A DNA stretch of 64,000 bases, taken from IMG/VR virus record IMGVR_UViG_3300050120_000152, positions 62,001-126,000 of that record. The stretch is one strand, 5' to 3'. Position 1 is the stretch's first letter. Each line of letters opens with the position of its first letter. Made by a program: the position numbers and the translations under genes. Of this stretch, positions 1 to 9,443 are shown piece by piece. Under the pieces are notes generated by a model. It ran no database searches. It was not told where the DNA came from and worked only from the letters and a program-made list of their open reading frames with translations.

Positions 1-168
1 CCAGAAAGTGGTACATTTCTCTTCGAAAAGACAAAGGCTGCTTGGGAAGTGTTCCGAGGTCGTGCTGATGCTGTTCGATGGCCGCAAGGGCAATAATAAA
101 GCAGTAAACAACATTGATGTAAGACGGGTTACATAAAACAAATTAATTGTCTAATAGGAGACATAACA

Positions 169-1593
169 ATGAACAGTACATTTAAAACAGAATATTTGAA
201 CAACCTTACCGAGAATATGATTCTCGACGCAGATTCTTACAAGGCAAGCCATTTCGCTTTTCTTGAAGATGGTACTACAGACATTCGTCTATATATCGAG
301 GCCCGCACTGGTGCAAAGCATCAAGCTGTGGTAATGGCTGGTATCCAAGCCTTCAACAAAAAGTACATGATGAAGCCAATCACTCAATTTATGATTGATC
401 AGGCTGATTGGTTTCTTACCACTCATGGTGAGCCGTTTAATCGTGCTGGATGGGAATACGTGCTGAATTATCATGCTGGATATATGCCGGTCGTTATTAA
501 AAGCGCCGAAGAAGGCACCACTATCCCTATTGGTTGCCCGTACATCACCGTAGAGAACACTGACAAGCATCCTTTGGCTGCATGGTGCAGTTCGTACATT
601 GAAACGAAGATCATGCGTACATGGGCACCCATTGCTGTTGCAACACAGTCGAATCTTGTTCGCAAGCTTATCTTGGAATATCTTGAAAAGACTGGTACAC
701 CAGAATTGATTGATTATAAGATGGTTGATTTTGGTAGCCGTGGTGTTAGCTCTAAGGAAACTGCCGAAATTCTTGGTGCTGCTCATCTTACTAGTTTTCG
801 TTCTACAGATAATTTGATGGGCATTGCCCATGCAATGACATATTACAATGCTACTGAAATGTTGGGTGAATCTATCCCTGCCAGCGAGCATTCGGTGACC
901 TGTGCACGCGGCAAGGAAGGTGAACTTCAGTTCTATCTTGACATTGTTGATCGTTTCCTTGGTGAAGGTAAGATGGTATCGGTTGTTGGTGATACTTATG
1001 ACCTTGATGTTATGCTTGATATGCTAGGAACTATGGTTAAGCCATATTTGCTTGCAAAGGGTGGCACATGGGTAGTTCGTCCAGATAGTGGTGATCCTGT
1101 TCTTCAGGTCATGCAAACTATTCGCAAGTTGGAATTATATTTTGGTACAACTACCAATGATAAGGGCTATAAGGTTCTTCATCCTTCTGTTAGAATCATT
1201 CAAGGAGATGGTGTAGATGCTGCGTCGATCCATCGTATCTTGGTGGCTCTTGAGACGGCACATTATAGTGCGGACAATATCACATTTGGTTCGGGTGGTT
1301 GGTTGCTACAGTCGTTGAATCGTGACACCAATCGTACTGCCATGAAAGCATCGTATGTTGAAGTGGGTGATCGTAAGCTTGAAATCCGTAAGGAAGTCAA
1401 AACTGACCCAAGCAAGGCTTCGAAAGCTGGACGTGTTACTACTGTACTTCGCAACGGTAAGAAAATCTGTGTCAAGGAAGATGATATGATTGAAGGCGAT
1501 ATTGATCTTCTTAATGAAACCTATCGTGATGGTGAAGTCTTGAATTTGATTGACTTTGCGACAGTACGAGAGAACGTAAAAGCTGGGAAGTGA
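169..1593 (+). CDS. nadV: Nicotinamide phosphoribosyltransferase (NAMPT/NadV family)
   Basis: DSYKASH, DFGSRG, SIPASEHS, VVGDTYD, VVRPDSGDP, IIQGDGV and FGSGG motifs typical of NAMPT; GGAG RBS upstream. Confidence 0.93.
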   Translation: MNSTFKTEYLNNLTENMILDADSYKASHFAFLEDGTTDIRLYIEARTGAKHQAVVMAGIQAFNKKYMMKPITQFMIDQADWFLTTHGEPFNRAGWEYVLNYHAGYMPVVIKSAEEGTTIPIGCPYITVENTDKHPLAAWCSSYIETKIMRTWAPIAVATQSNLVRKLILEYLEKTGTPELIDYKMVDFGSRGVSSKETAEILGAAHLTSFRSTDNLMGIAHAMTYYNATEMLGESIPASEHSVTCARGKEGELQFYLDIVDRFLGEGKMVSVVGDTYDLDVMLDMLGTMVKPYLLAKGGTWVVRPDSGDPVLQVMQTIRKLELYFGTTTNDKGYKVLHPSVRIIQGDGVDAASIHRILVALETAHYSADNITFGSGGWLLQSLNRDTNRTAMKASYVEVGDRKLEIRKEVKTDPSKASKAGRVTTVLRNGKKICVKEDDMIEGDIDLLNETYRDGEVLNLIDFATVRENVKAGK

Positions 1594-1594
1594 T

Positions 1595-2158
1595 ATGATT
1601 AATGAAATCTTATTAAGGTCATATACCGAAGAAGGTTATGACAAAATACAAGAAATCATGAGTGTCATTATGTCTCACACTGACATGGAAGTTAGTGTGG
1701 TAGATCATTCAAGGGTTTCATATTTAGACTTTGATATTTTAGATGATGAGGTTATTATCAGTATTGACAAGTTCATTTCAGAACAGTTGAACGTGCCATA
1801 TTTCCAAATTTCAAGAGTCTTTAATCTTAATGGTAAACCACTATATCGTCATGTTAGTGGGGATATTGTAAGCACTGGCGCTAATGTTCGTATCATCGAC
1901 ACCGATAAAGTATTTGGCGATAGTATTAAATTAGCATGTGAGATATTTAACACACCTAACTACTCCACGTTATTGACTCTTAACAAAAATCAAGACCTTA
2001 TCGACATTGAAGATTTGCTTTACCCGCAGTCACTATTGATGTATAATGGAAAGACTACCAAATGTAGCTATCTATTAAATGAGAAATTTTTTACCACAAG
2101 GACTTCACTTCCGAAATCATGTTATAAACAATTTTGTAGGATTTTAAATTATGAATAA
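1595..2158 (+). CDS. Divergent phosphoribosyltransferase (type I PRTase)-like protein
   Basis: VRIIDTDKVFGDSI resembles a PRPP-binding loop; starts 1 nt after the NAMPT stop. Confidence 0.4.
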   Translation: MINEILLRSYTEEGYDKIQEIMSVIMSHTDMEVSVVDHSRVSYLDFDILDDEVIISIDKFISEQLNVPYFQISRVFNLNGKPLYRHVSGDIVSTGANVRIIDTDKVFGDSIKLACEIFNTPNYSTLLTLNKNQDLIDIEDLLYPQSLLMYNGKTTKCSYLLNEKFFTTRTSLPKSCYKQFCRILNYE

Positions 2159-2522
2159 CAAATGGCTACCAATATCCAAAGCTCCGAAAGATGGGACTAT
2201 GATTTTAGTCACTGAAACTCCAAATGGTGAACATTGGAATGTTATCCCAGCATGTTGGATGGCATTAACCAGTTATACAGAATCGGACAAAGAAGCTTTT
2301 GAAAATGGTGGGTTTAATCCAGATAATAGCCATAAAGGATATTGGTGGGGCATTTGTGCTACTCGTTATTCACGAGAAGGGCCATTATACACACGATTTA
2401 AGCCCTTAGCTTGCACTCCAATTTGTTGGATGCCTTTTCCTGAAGCTGAATCTGAAAATAAATTGCGTCGTAGACTTTCTCAATTATATAGGAACCCACC
2501 GTATAGGAACACACAGTTATGA
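2151..2522 (+). CDS. DUF551-like phage protein
   Basis: WLPISKAPKDGTMILV N-terminus and PICWMPFP C-terminal motif. Confidence 0.6.
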   Translation: MNNKWLPISKAPKDGTMILVTETPNGEHWNVIPACWMALTSYTESDKEAFENGGFNPDNSHKGYWWGICATRYSREGPLYTRFKPLACTPICWMPFPEAESENKLRRRLSQLYRNPPYRNTQL

Positions 2523-3370
2523 TAACGATTAAAACCCAAAAATTAATTGATGATGTGGCACACTGGTTTGCTGATCGTCATCTTAATCATGCTGTGGTTG
2601 GATATTCAGGTGGTATCGATTCCGCTACCACAGCAGCATTGCTAGATGCTGCAAAAATTAAGACTACTATTGTTCAGGTTGGATTCAAAGGACAAAAATT
2701 TTCCTCTACAACGTTAGCCATGGAAATGTGTGGTGGTCGGAAATACATGCGTTGGGAATATATTGATATGCCTCCTATTAGCATATTTTTTGGTGATGCT
2801 GGTAAGGAGGCTGTGCTTCCTATTATTCGTAATGCTTATTTTTATGGTGTTGCAGCAGAATTACGTGAATCGGGAGAACGTCCTATTATTGTTGGAACAG
2901 CAAATTTTGATGAAGCATCATTTTTAGGATTTTGGGGGAAGGCTTCGGATGCTGCACAAGATTTTTATCCTATCAGCCATCTGCACAAATCTGAAGTTTA
3001 TGCTTTAGCTAAGGAATTGAATGTTCCACAAGAAATCATCAAAGCTGTGCCATCGGGTGATCTTCAATGGTCAGGAGAGCTTAATGATTATAAAATGATC
3101 GGAGCTACCTACGATCAAATTGAAGCATTGGTCAAGTTTGTGGATACACCAAAATGGAAAGGTCTATTTGAAATCATCGATTTCATTAAAAATACTGTCG
3201 ATAACCCCAAATGTTTTGTTAAAAATATTAGCAAGAATGCATTTAAATATGATCTACCCTTTCCCGGCTTCCACATTAATAATCGTCTTGAATTTTTCCG
3301 TAGAGAATATTATAGAAACATTCTGGTAGCTTCAATTTCATTAGAAATAGAGTTTGATTATCCTTATTAA
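2519..3370 (+). CDS. nadE: NH3-dependent NAD+ synthetase
   Basis: PP-loop GYSGGIDS, GTANFDE, GFWGK..D, PISHLHKSEVYALAKEL, PSGDL. Confidence 0.85.
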   Translation: MITIKTQKLIDDVAHWFADRHLNHAVVGYSGGIDSATTAALLDAAKIKTTIVQVGFKGQKFSSTTLAMEMCGGRKYMRWEYIDMPPISIFFGDAGKEAVLPIIRNAYFYGVAAELRESGERPIIVGTANFDEASFLGFWGKASDAAQDFYPISHLHKSEVYALAKELNVPQEIIKAVPSGDLQWSGELNDYKMIGATYDQIEALVKFVDTPKWKGLFEIIDFIKNTVDNPKCFVKNISKNAFKYDLPFPGFHINNRLEFFRREYYRNILVASISLEIEFDYPY

Positions 3371-3702
3371 TGATTCAATTGCTCATAAAAATTAACAATC
3401 TTTTTCATTTCCTCAAGGGTAGCATTTGATTTTAATTTATTAGCTCTATGTGATATGACAATAAGATTATCTAAAGAATATCCTTTAGAAGAGTCAATAC
3501 GATCATAGCTGATAGAATCATCCTCTGCCATGTCTCTGTGGAAATATAATGGAATACCAAGGATGGGGCAGGTAATGGGTATACCAATCTCGTCTATATC
3601 AGACGGAGACAATGTAAAGGCTATATTTCGCTTCTTGGCTGAAGCTTTCAAATGAGTCCAAATATGCTTGAAATCTTTTTGAGTTAGATGTAAAGTATTC
3701 AT
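3367..3702 (-). CDS. Small HNH-type endonuclease, antisense within the NAD cluster
   Basis: CPILG...SYDRIDSSKGYSLDN...ANKLKSN; TATAAATA on the minus strand at 3708-3715. Confidence 0.75.
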   Translation of the reverse strand: MNTLHLTQKDFKHIWTHLKASAKKRNIAFTLSPSDIDEIGIPITCPILGIPLYFHRDMAEDDSISYDRIDSSKGYSLDNLIVISHRANKLKSNATLEEMKKIVNFYEQLNH

Positions 3703-3725
3703 TCAGATATTTATAACAGGAAATT

Positions 3726-4532
3726 ATGATGCACAAATTGATGAACTATTCAGGTAATAAACTCTTAAAGCCAGAGTGGCAATCTGTCGTGCTTAATGAT
3801 GACGATACTTCTCCAACCATCCATAAAATCGAATACGATTTCTATTCGAAGTATCCAATCTATGTGGTAGAAAATGCTCTTTCTGCAAAATCTTGTGATT
3901 TTATTATTGATGACTTTGATGAACAAGAAACCCATCCCGTTGGTATTGATGGATATTGTAATCCTGAATCAAATGTGGGTTCTTATCGTGCCAATGCATG
4001 GGCTGAAGAATTATCAATTACCATTTCCGAAAAATTGCGTGCATTCATGGACGAGAAAGAATTTACCTTTCCATTACTGGGCGATGGTATTGATCCTATC
4101 GTTAATGATAAAGAATTTGCACTTCCATTTTGGCCTCATGATATGCAACCTTTCAGGTTGTTAGGATCAACCCCATTCATGCGTTTTATGAAGTATAAGA
4201 ATGGTGGCATGCATACTCCACACCATGATGCACCTTATAAGAATGAAGAGGAACGGTATATCAGTTTGTTCTCATGGGTGCTGTATCTTAATACACCAGA
4301 TGGGACAGGTGGACATTTTCAATTTGTAAATGATCTTAAACAGAAAGGTAAGCATCCTAGATCATGGGATACTTCCGATTGGACAAATATGTCTAACGAG
4401 GTTACAATGGAAGTTGCTCCGAAGCAGGGAAAATTGTTGATATTTCCTCACTGGCTGTGCCATCAGGTGCAAGAATACATCGGTGAGGGTTATCGTTATA
4501 TCATCAGGGGTGATGTGGCCTACTCTTTTTGA
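3726..4532 (+). CDS. 2OG-Fe(II) dioxygenase (prolyl-4-hydroxylase-like)
   Basis: RFMKY..GG.H.PHHD (HxD), VLYLN, GG.F.F, LLIFPH..CH.V, RYIIR. Confidence 0.85.
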   Translation: MMHKLMNYSGNKLLKPEWQSVVLNDDDTSPTIHKIEYDFYSKYPIYVVENALSAKSCDFIIDDFDEQETHPVGIDGYCNPESNVGSYRANAWAEELSITISEKLRAFMDEKEFTFPLLGDGIDPIVNDKEFALPFWPHDMQPFRLLGSTPFMRFMKYKNGGMHTPHHDAPYKNEEERYISLFSWVLYLNTPDGTGGHFQFVNDLKQKGKHPRSWDTSDWTNMSNEVTMEVAPKQGKLLIFPHWLCHQVQEYIGEGYRYIIRGDVAYSF

Positions 4533-5236
4533 CCAAAAGTGATATGATTATGATTACTGAATCGTGGTATAAAAATCTTGAATCAAAATACGGATATGAT
4601 TTTTGTGTCCGCGCTGGGTATTTTGAAGAAACCAAGCCATGGGGAGAATCATCATATCGTGATATATTCGAATTACCATCTGGTGAATTTGTTATTCAAT
4701 ATTCGGGAGCTTTTTATCCATTACATGATGGGCATTTGGAAGTCATGCAAAAAGCTATGGATAATATTATTGAACGGTGGGATACTTCTGGTGTAGTTGT
4801 TATTCATGTGGATCACCATGAATATAGAACATCTAAAGGTAAATATTCTGAAGAAGAATTTAATAAATCATTAGCTAAACTTGATACACTATTTCCTTAC
4901 AAAGGGTTTACTTATCAAATCATAGCAGAAGATGCTATGCCTAATGGATGTTCACGAAATTTCACTAGGTTATATAGTGAGTTGAGTGACAAGTCTTTAT
5001 ACAATACCGTATATTTTTTGTGCGGTAGTGATCGAGCAAATTATGCTTTTACTTTTCTGGATGATGGTAATTGTTATATTGTCAATAGACCCAATACAAT
5101 TAATCCACTGCTGGCGACCATGGAAGTTTCTGTATTTGAGAATCTTGGTGCATATGCTAACGAGACTATCATATATTTGGATTGCAACAATCCAACGTCA
5201 TCTACAGAAATTAGAAACTTAACTACCGTTCTCTAA
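4529..5236 (+). CDS. HxGH nucleotidyltransferase (NadD/NadM NMN/NaMN adenylyltransferase-like); ATG start probably 4544
   Basis: YSGAFYPLHDGHL, FLCGSDRA, VNRP and C-terminal SSTEIR motifs. Confidence 0.75.
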   Translation: MTKSDMIMITESWYKNLESKYGYDFCVRAGYFEETKPWGESSYRDIFELPSGEFVIQYSGAFYPLHDGHLEVMQKAMDNIIERWDTSGVVVIHVDHHEYRTSKGKYSEEEFNKSLAKLDTLFPYKGFTYQIIAEDAMPNGCSRNFTRLYSELSDKSLYNTVYFLCGSDRANYAFTFLDDGNCYIVNRPNTINPLLATMEVSVFENLGAYANETIIYLDCNNPTSSTEIRNLTTVL

Positions 5237-5527
5237 AATATAATTAAGTACATAGCCAATATTGTTACTTAAATAGAAGTTTATTAACTCAAAATCCTGT
5301 TTGTCGCCATCCGAATCTTGATCGCCATCGGCGACAAAGATTGATTCTATTTTATATTTTTTAGTTTCTTTGTCGATGAACAAATCTACCATGTACTCAA
5401 TCTTATTAGATTCATCCTGAAGCGTGAAGGTTCCATGGAGTACCTTCCCTTCATTTTTGTATAGCGTGCTGCTTAATATTTCAAAGTCATCTTTATATAA
5501 AGATTCAATAATTCGTTCGATTCGCAT
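5219..5527 (-). CDS. Hypothetical acidic protein (start MRIERIIES)
   Basis: Internal ATG of ORF 5219..5605; AATAAATA late-like promoter upstream. Confidence 0.5.
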   Translation of the reverse strand: MRIERIIESLYKDDFEILSSTLYKNEGKVLHGTFTLQDESNKIEYMVDLFIDKETKKYKIESIFVADGDQDSDGDKQDFELINFYLSNNIGYVLNYILENGS

Positions 5528-5639
5528 ATGGAAAACCTGTGTAATGTTATTTATTGATTTGTATACATAGTTACTGCGAACAAAATAATTAAAAGACCCA
5601 TCCACATTCCATAAATAGAAGGTAATTTATGGAATTTAA

Positions 5640-6302
5640 ATGCAATATAGAATTATTTATGATCAACTAATTGATCATGCAAAAGCTACCAATAATGATA
5701 GTGGGCCTTATGAAAAACATCATATTATACCAAAAAGTTTAGGTGGCAGTAATTTAAAAAATAATATAGTAAAATTAACTCCAAGGCAACATTTTGTGGC
5801 CCATCGGCTATTAACAAAATTTTTAATAGGTGCAGATAAACACAAAATGATATTTGCTGTTAAGCGAATGGCAACATCAAATAAGAGGAAATTATATAAT
5901 ATAAATTCTAGAACTTATGAATGGCTGAGAATTCAACATAATATAGCAGCATCTATTGTTATGAAAGGTAGAAAACCATCAGATGATACTATACGTAAAC
6001 AATCTATTGCACAAAGAAAAAGATATGCATTAACACCTACCCATTGGAAAGATAGACAACATGACCCAAATAGTATAGAATTAATTAGGGAAGCTAATAT
6101 AGGTAAAAACAATCACCAATATGGAAAACCAAGAACTACTGAAGAAAGACTAAAAATTAGTTTAACTATGAAAGGTCGTAAAAAATCCAAAGAAACCATA
6201 GAAAAATTTAAAAATAGAAAAGATTCGGAAGAGACTAAGCGTAAAAAAAGTGATGCAGCAAAACTTAGATGGACTAAACATAAAAATGAAATCATGGGAT
6301 AA
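5640..6302 (+). mobile_element. HNH homing endonuclease with NUMOD3 DNA-binding repeats
   Basis: EKHHIIPKSLGGSN...LTPRQHFVAH plus basic repeats (SEETKRKKS, HQYGKPRTTEERLKIS); overlaps the dCMP deaminase start. Confidence 0.88.
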
Positions 6303-6735
6303 AAAATTTATAAATCTTGCTTTACATATAGCAGAATGGTCACACGATCCAAGTACCAAAGTTGGAGCAATTATAGTAGATGATGTGAATAATGTTCGTG
6401 CCATAGGTTATAATGGATTTCCTAGATTGGTCAAAGATACGGTTGAAAGATTGTCAGATCGACCAACCAAATATGCGTTAACTACTCATGCTGAAATAAA
6501 TGCATTGTTATCATGCACACGTTCGGGTGTAGCCACGGACGGTTATACTTTGGTATGTACTCATTATCCATGTTCTACATGTGCAGGAGCAATAATTCAA
6601 GCTGGTATCAAAAATGTAATAACCATTATGCCATCAGATGATTTAATATCAAGATGGGAAACTGAACTTAACATAGCTAAACTCATGTTTAATGAATCAG
6701 GAGTAACCGTGGTTGAGTATATATCAGGATTATGA
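6286..6735 (+). CDS. dCMP deaminase
   Basis: SHDPSTKVGA, GYNGFP, HAEINA, PCSTCA. Confidence 0.92.
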   Translation: MKSWDKKFINLALHIAEWSHDPSTKVGAIIVDDVNNVRAIGYNGFPRLVKDTVERLSDRPTKYALTTHAEINALLSCTRSGVATDGYTLVCTHYPCSTCAGAIIQAGIKNVITIMPSDDLISRWETELNIAKLMFNESGVTVVEYISGL

Positions 6736-6793
6736 ATTGATTGTTGTGTTGAAATACATTATCATAGTGAAATAAATTATAAGGTGGAAGAAT

Positions 6794-7330
6794 ATGGAAA
6801 CTCTTGAATTTAACAAAAATTTTGAATTAAGCAAACATGCAAAGTATTTCATTATGCTTGTTGGTTTGCCGGGTAGCGGAAAAAGCACTTGGTTGCAGGG
6901 AGTTCGCAATACTCAAATTATCATGAATACTGGTGTAAGTTTCGATGTTATCTCCACTGATGATATTATCGAAAAAATTGCTAAAGATCGTGGTCTTACC
7001 TATTCAGATGTTTGGTCTGAATCCATCAAAGGTGCGACCAAGGGAATGCATGAAAATTTTCAAAATGCTATCAGACATAATCATAATGTCATTTGGGATC
7101 AAACCAATTGCACTTCTAAGAAGCGTAAATCGGTAATAGTTCAAGTGCCTAATGATTATTACAAAGTTGCTGTAGTGTTTAATACTCCATTGGATGAAAT
7201 TGAACGTCGCCTTAAGGCTCGTGCTTTGGAAACTGGAAAAAACATCCCCAAGTCAGTATTACTAAATATGTATGATACCTTTGAACAACCGACACACGGA
7301 GAAGGTTTCGATTTCATCAACCAAGAATAA
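6794..7330 (+). CDS. P-loop kinase (AAA_33 / polynucleotide-kinase-like)
   Basis: MLVGLPGSGKST, ISTDD, IWDQTN...R, RLKAR. Confidence 0.8.
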   Translation: METLEFNKNFELSKHAKYFIMLVGLPGSGKSTWLQGVRNTQIIMNTGVSFDVISTDDIIEKIAKDRGLTYSDVWSESIKGATKGMHENFQNAIRHNHNVIWDQTNCTSKKRKSVIVQVPNDYYKVAVVFNTPLDEIERRLKARALETGKNIPKSVLLNMYDTFEQPTHGEGFDFINQE

Positions 7331-7341
7331 AGGAATTAATT

Positions 7342-7968
7342 ATGACTTTTCAAAATCATTATGATGGTTCTCCCAAGATATTACAGTTAGATTCTGGTGG
7401 TAATCCCATGGATTGGCTGTCTATAGAAGATTATGCAACATTAAAAGCGAAAGAAAGAGTTCTATGGACTACGGGTACATATGCCTATACAATGCGTGGT
7501 GGTACTAATGCAAAGACTGGTATGCGTTCTGAATTAATGTTGGATACCATTGTTGCAATCAAGCATGAAGGTAAAGTTAAAACTGCTAAACGTCATGCTA
7601 ACGGGTTCAATCCTACCTTGTCCAACAAAATGTTGTTTGAACGTGACAAGTACCTTTGCGCTTACTGCGGTCATGTGTATCCGAAGCATAAGTTGACTCG
7701 TGACCATATTATTCCTGTTAGCAAAAATGGGTCAGATGATTGGCTTAACGTGATTACAGCTTGCGGCCCCTGTAACCGATGGAAAGATAATAGAACCCCG
7801 GAAGAAGCAGGTTTGTTATTATTGATGGTTCCATATAAACCAAGTTTTCATGAGCATTTAATTTTAAAAAATAGAAATATACTCTATGATCAATTAGAAT
7901 TCTTGTTAAAGGGAGTTAGCCCTGATTCTCCAGTATATAAAGAAAGTATATTACGTTTAGCAAAATGA
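7342..7968 (+). CDS. HNH endonuclease (McrA-like)
   Basis: RDKYLCAYCG, LTRDHIIPVSKNG, NVITACGPCNRWK. Confidence 0.88.
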   Translation: MTFQNHYDGSPKILQLDSGGNPMDWLSIEDYATLKAKERVLWTTGTYAYTMRGGTNAKTGMRSELMLDTIVAIKHEGKVKTAKRHANGFNPTLSNKMLFERDKYLCAYCGHVYPKHKLTRDHIIPVSKNGSDDWLNVITACGPCNRWKDNRTPEEAGLLLLMVPYKPSFHEHLILKNRNILYDQLEFLLKGVSPDSPVYKESILRLAK

Positions 7969-7971
7969 AAA

Positions 7972-8397
7972 TTATGCCGTTTGTGTGGTTATATAATAAC
8001 CACACAAAGGTTTTTTATCTTTAATTCTTCTACTTATATAAGTATGAAAAGTATTAAAAAATTTAGCAGCATCCGTTTTGGATGAAAAATATATAATATC
8101 ACCATTTTCAGTAGTGCATACTATAGAAGTCTTTGCTCTCACAATTTTTGTATAGGGTGTTAATTTATCATATCCTTCTATATTACCGTTAATATCTAAT
8201 CTACACCAATAATAACCTTGATAATATGATGATTTATTAACGACTGTCATTATCCGTTTATTAAAAATTGAATTCATATAGATTTCTTTGACAGAATTCC
8301 ATATCTTGATAATCTCAAGGGTTTTATTACCATCTACTTTGACTTGGTTTTGGAGCATATAATGTTGCAAATATATCTTTATTGATACCAACATCAA
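7972..8397 (-). pseudogene. NUMOD1-like DNA-binding remnant of a homing endonuclease
   Basis: IIYFSSKTDAAKFF...ISRRIK helix-turn-helix repeat; no catalytic domain visible. Confidence 0.4.
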
Positions 8398-9361
8398 TAA
8401 TAACTAAATTACCCTGATAGACGCCCCAATTTGCTAAACGATTAAAATCTCCAATGGGCATGTCATAATTACCAACCATATCACCAAAGTTACTGGCGAA
8501 TTCATTTTCAGGATCAATTTTTGCATGATTACCACCAGTGTAATCTTTACCACCATGGCAATTAACAGCAAAAGCACATAAATCTGCTAAAGTTCCACCA
8601 CACGCTTTGATAAAATCAGAATCTTTAGCTTTAGTTGCAAATTCTGTATGAATCCATGATGGTTGTGGTGATTCTTCATCATAATCAATGATAGGAATTA
8701 TTAAATTTAAACTTTTTAAATAGTAATCATTCATTTTTTCAGCTTCGTGTTCATTTTGAACTAAGCCTTTCTTATTTTTTGCTATTTTTAATACTGTTTG
8801 CCGACCTTCATAGGGTAATACGAAAGCTACTCTGGAACTACCTACACCAACTTGACGTGCACGTTCTTTAGCATAACGAATTTGTTTAGCAAATGGCGTA
8901 TTATTATTGAAAGTTCCTTTGTCCCAATCAGCCGGTAAAGGCATTTCGTTTATCAAATAACGCTTAAAAGATAATTTTTCATTCATAGGTTTAGGTCTTG
9001 GTTTAGGATTTCTTATCATAGCTTCAGATACAGCAAAGTCTTTATTTCTACCACTATTCATGACAAACCCAAAAGATTTATAAAATTGAATTAAACGATT
9101 GCGGGATGTTGTCCCAAAATTCTTGTCAGTTGATCCCGGCGAGAGTATGATTCGACAATTGTTATCATCAGCTAATTCAGTCAAAGCATTCATGGCACGA
9201 CTACCGATTCCAGAATGTTGATTATCTTTGGATACAGCAATCATCATTAGATTTATATCATTGCCTTTCAGGTAAACTTCAAAATGGCTTAATCCAAGCT
9301 CATTCTTAGTTTTTTCGGCCCATGATTGTAATTCTGAATTTGTTAACATTGAATAAACCAT
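8327..9361 (-). CDS. GNAT acetyltransferase fused to a protein-kinase-like domain
   Basis: N-terminal QHSGIGSRAM...LIQFYKSFGF (GNAT); C-terminal GVGSSR, VLKIA, E, D...NWG, IIDVG (kinase-like). Confidence 0.65.
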   Translation of the reverse strand: MVYSMLTNSELQSWAEKTKNELGLSHFEVYLKGNDINLMMIAVSKDNQHSGIGSRAMNALTELADDNNCRIILSPGSTDKNFGTTSRNRLIQFYKSFGFVMNSGRNKDFAVSEAMIRNPKPRPKPMNEKLSFKRYLINEMPLPADWDKGTFNNNTPFAKQIRYAKERARQVGVGSSRVAFVLPYEGRQTVLKIAKNKKGLVQNEHEAEKMNDYYLKSLNLIIPIIDYDEESPQPSWIHTEFATKAKDSDFIKACGGTLADLCAFAVNCHGGKDYTGGNHAKIDPENEFASNFGDMVGNYDMPIGDFNRLANWGVYQGNLVIIDVGINKDIFATLYAPKPSQSRW

Positions 9362-9443
9362 ATATTAATGATATTTATCGTTAATAGTCTTTCCATGAAC
9401 ACAAAAACATGTTATCATCTTGTTCATAAATGGATAGTAACAA

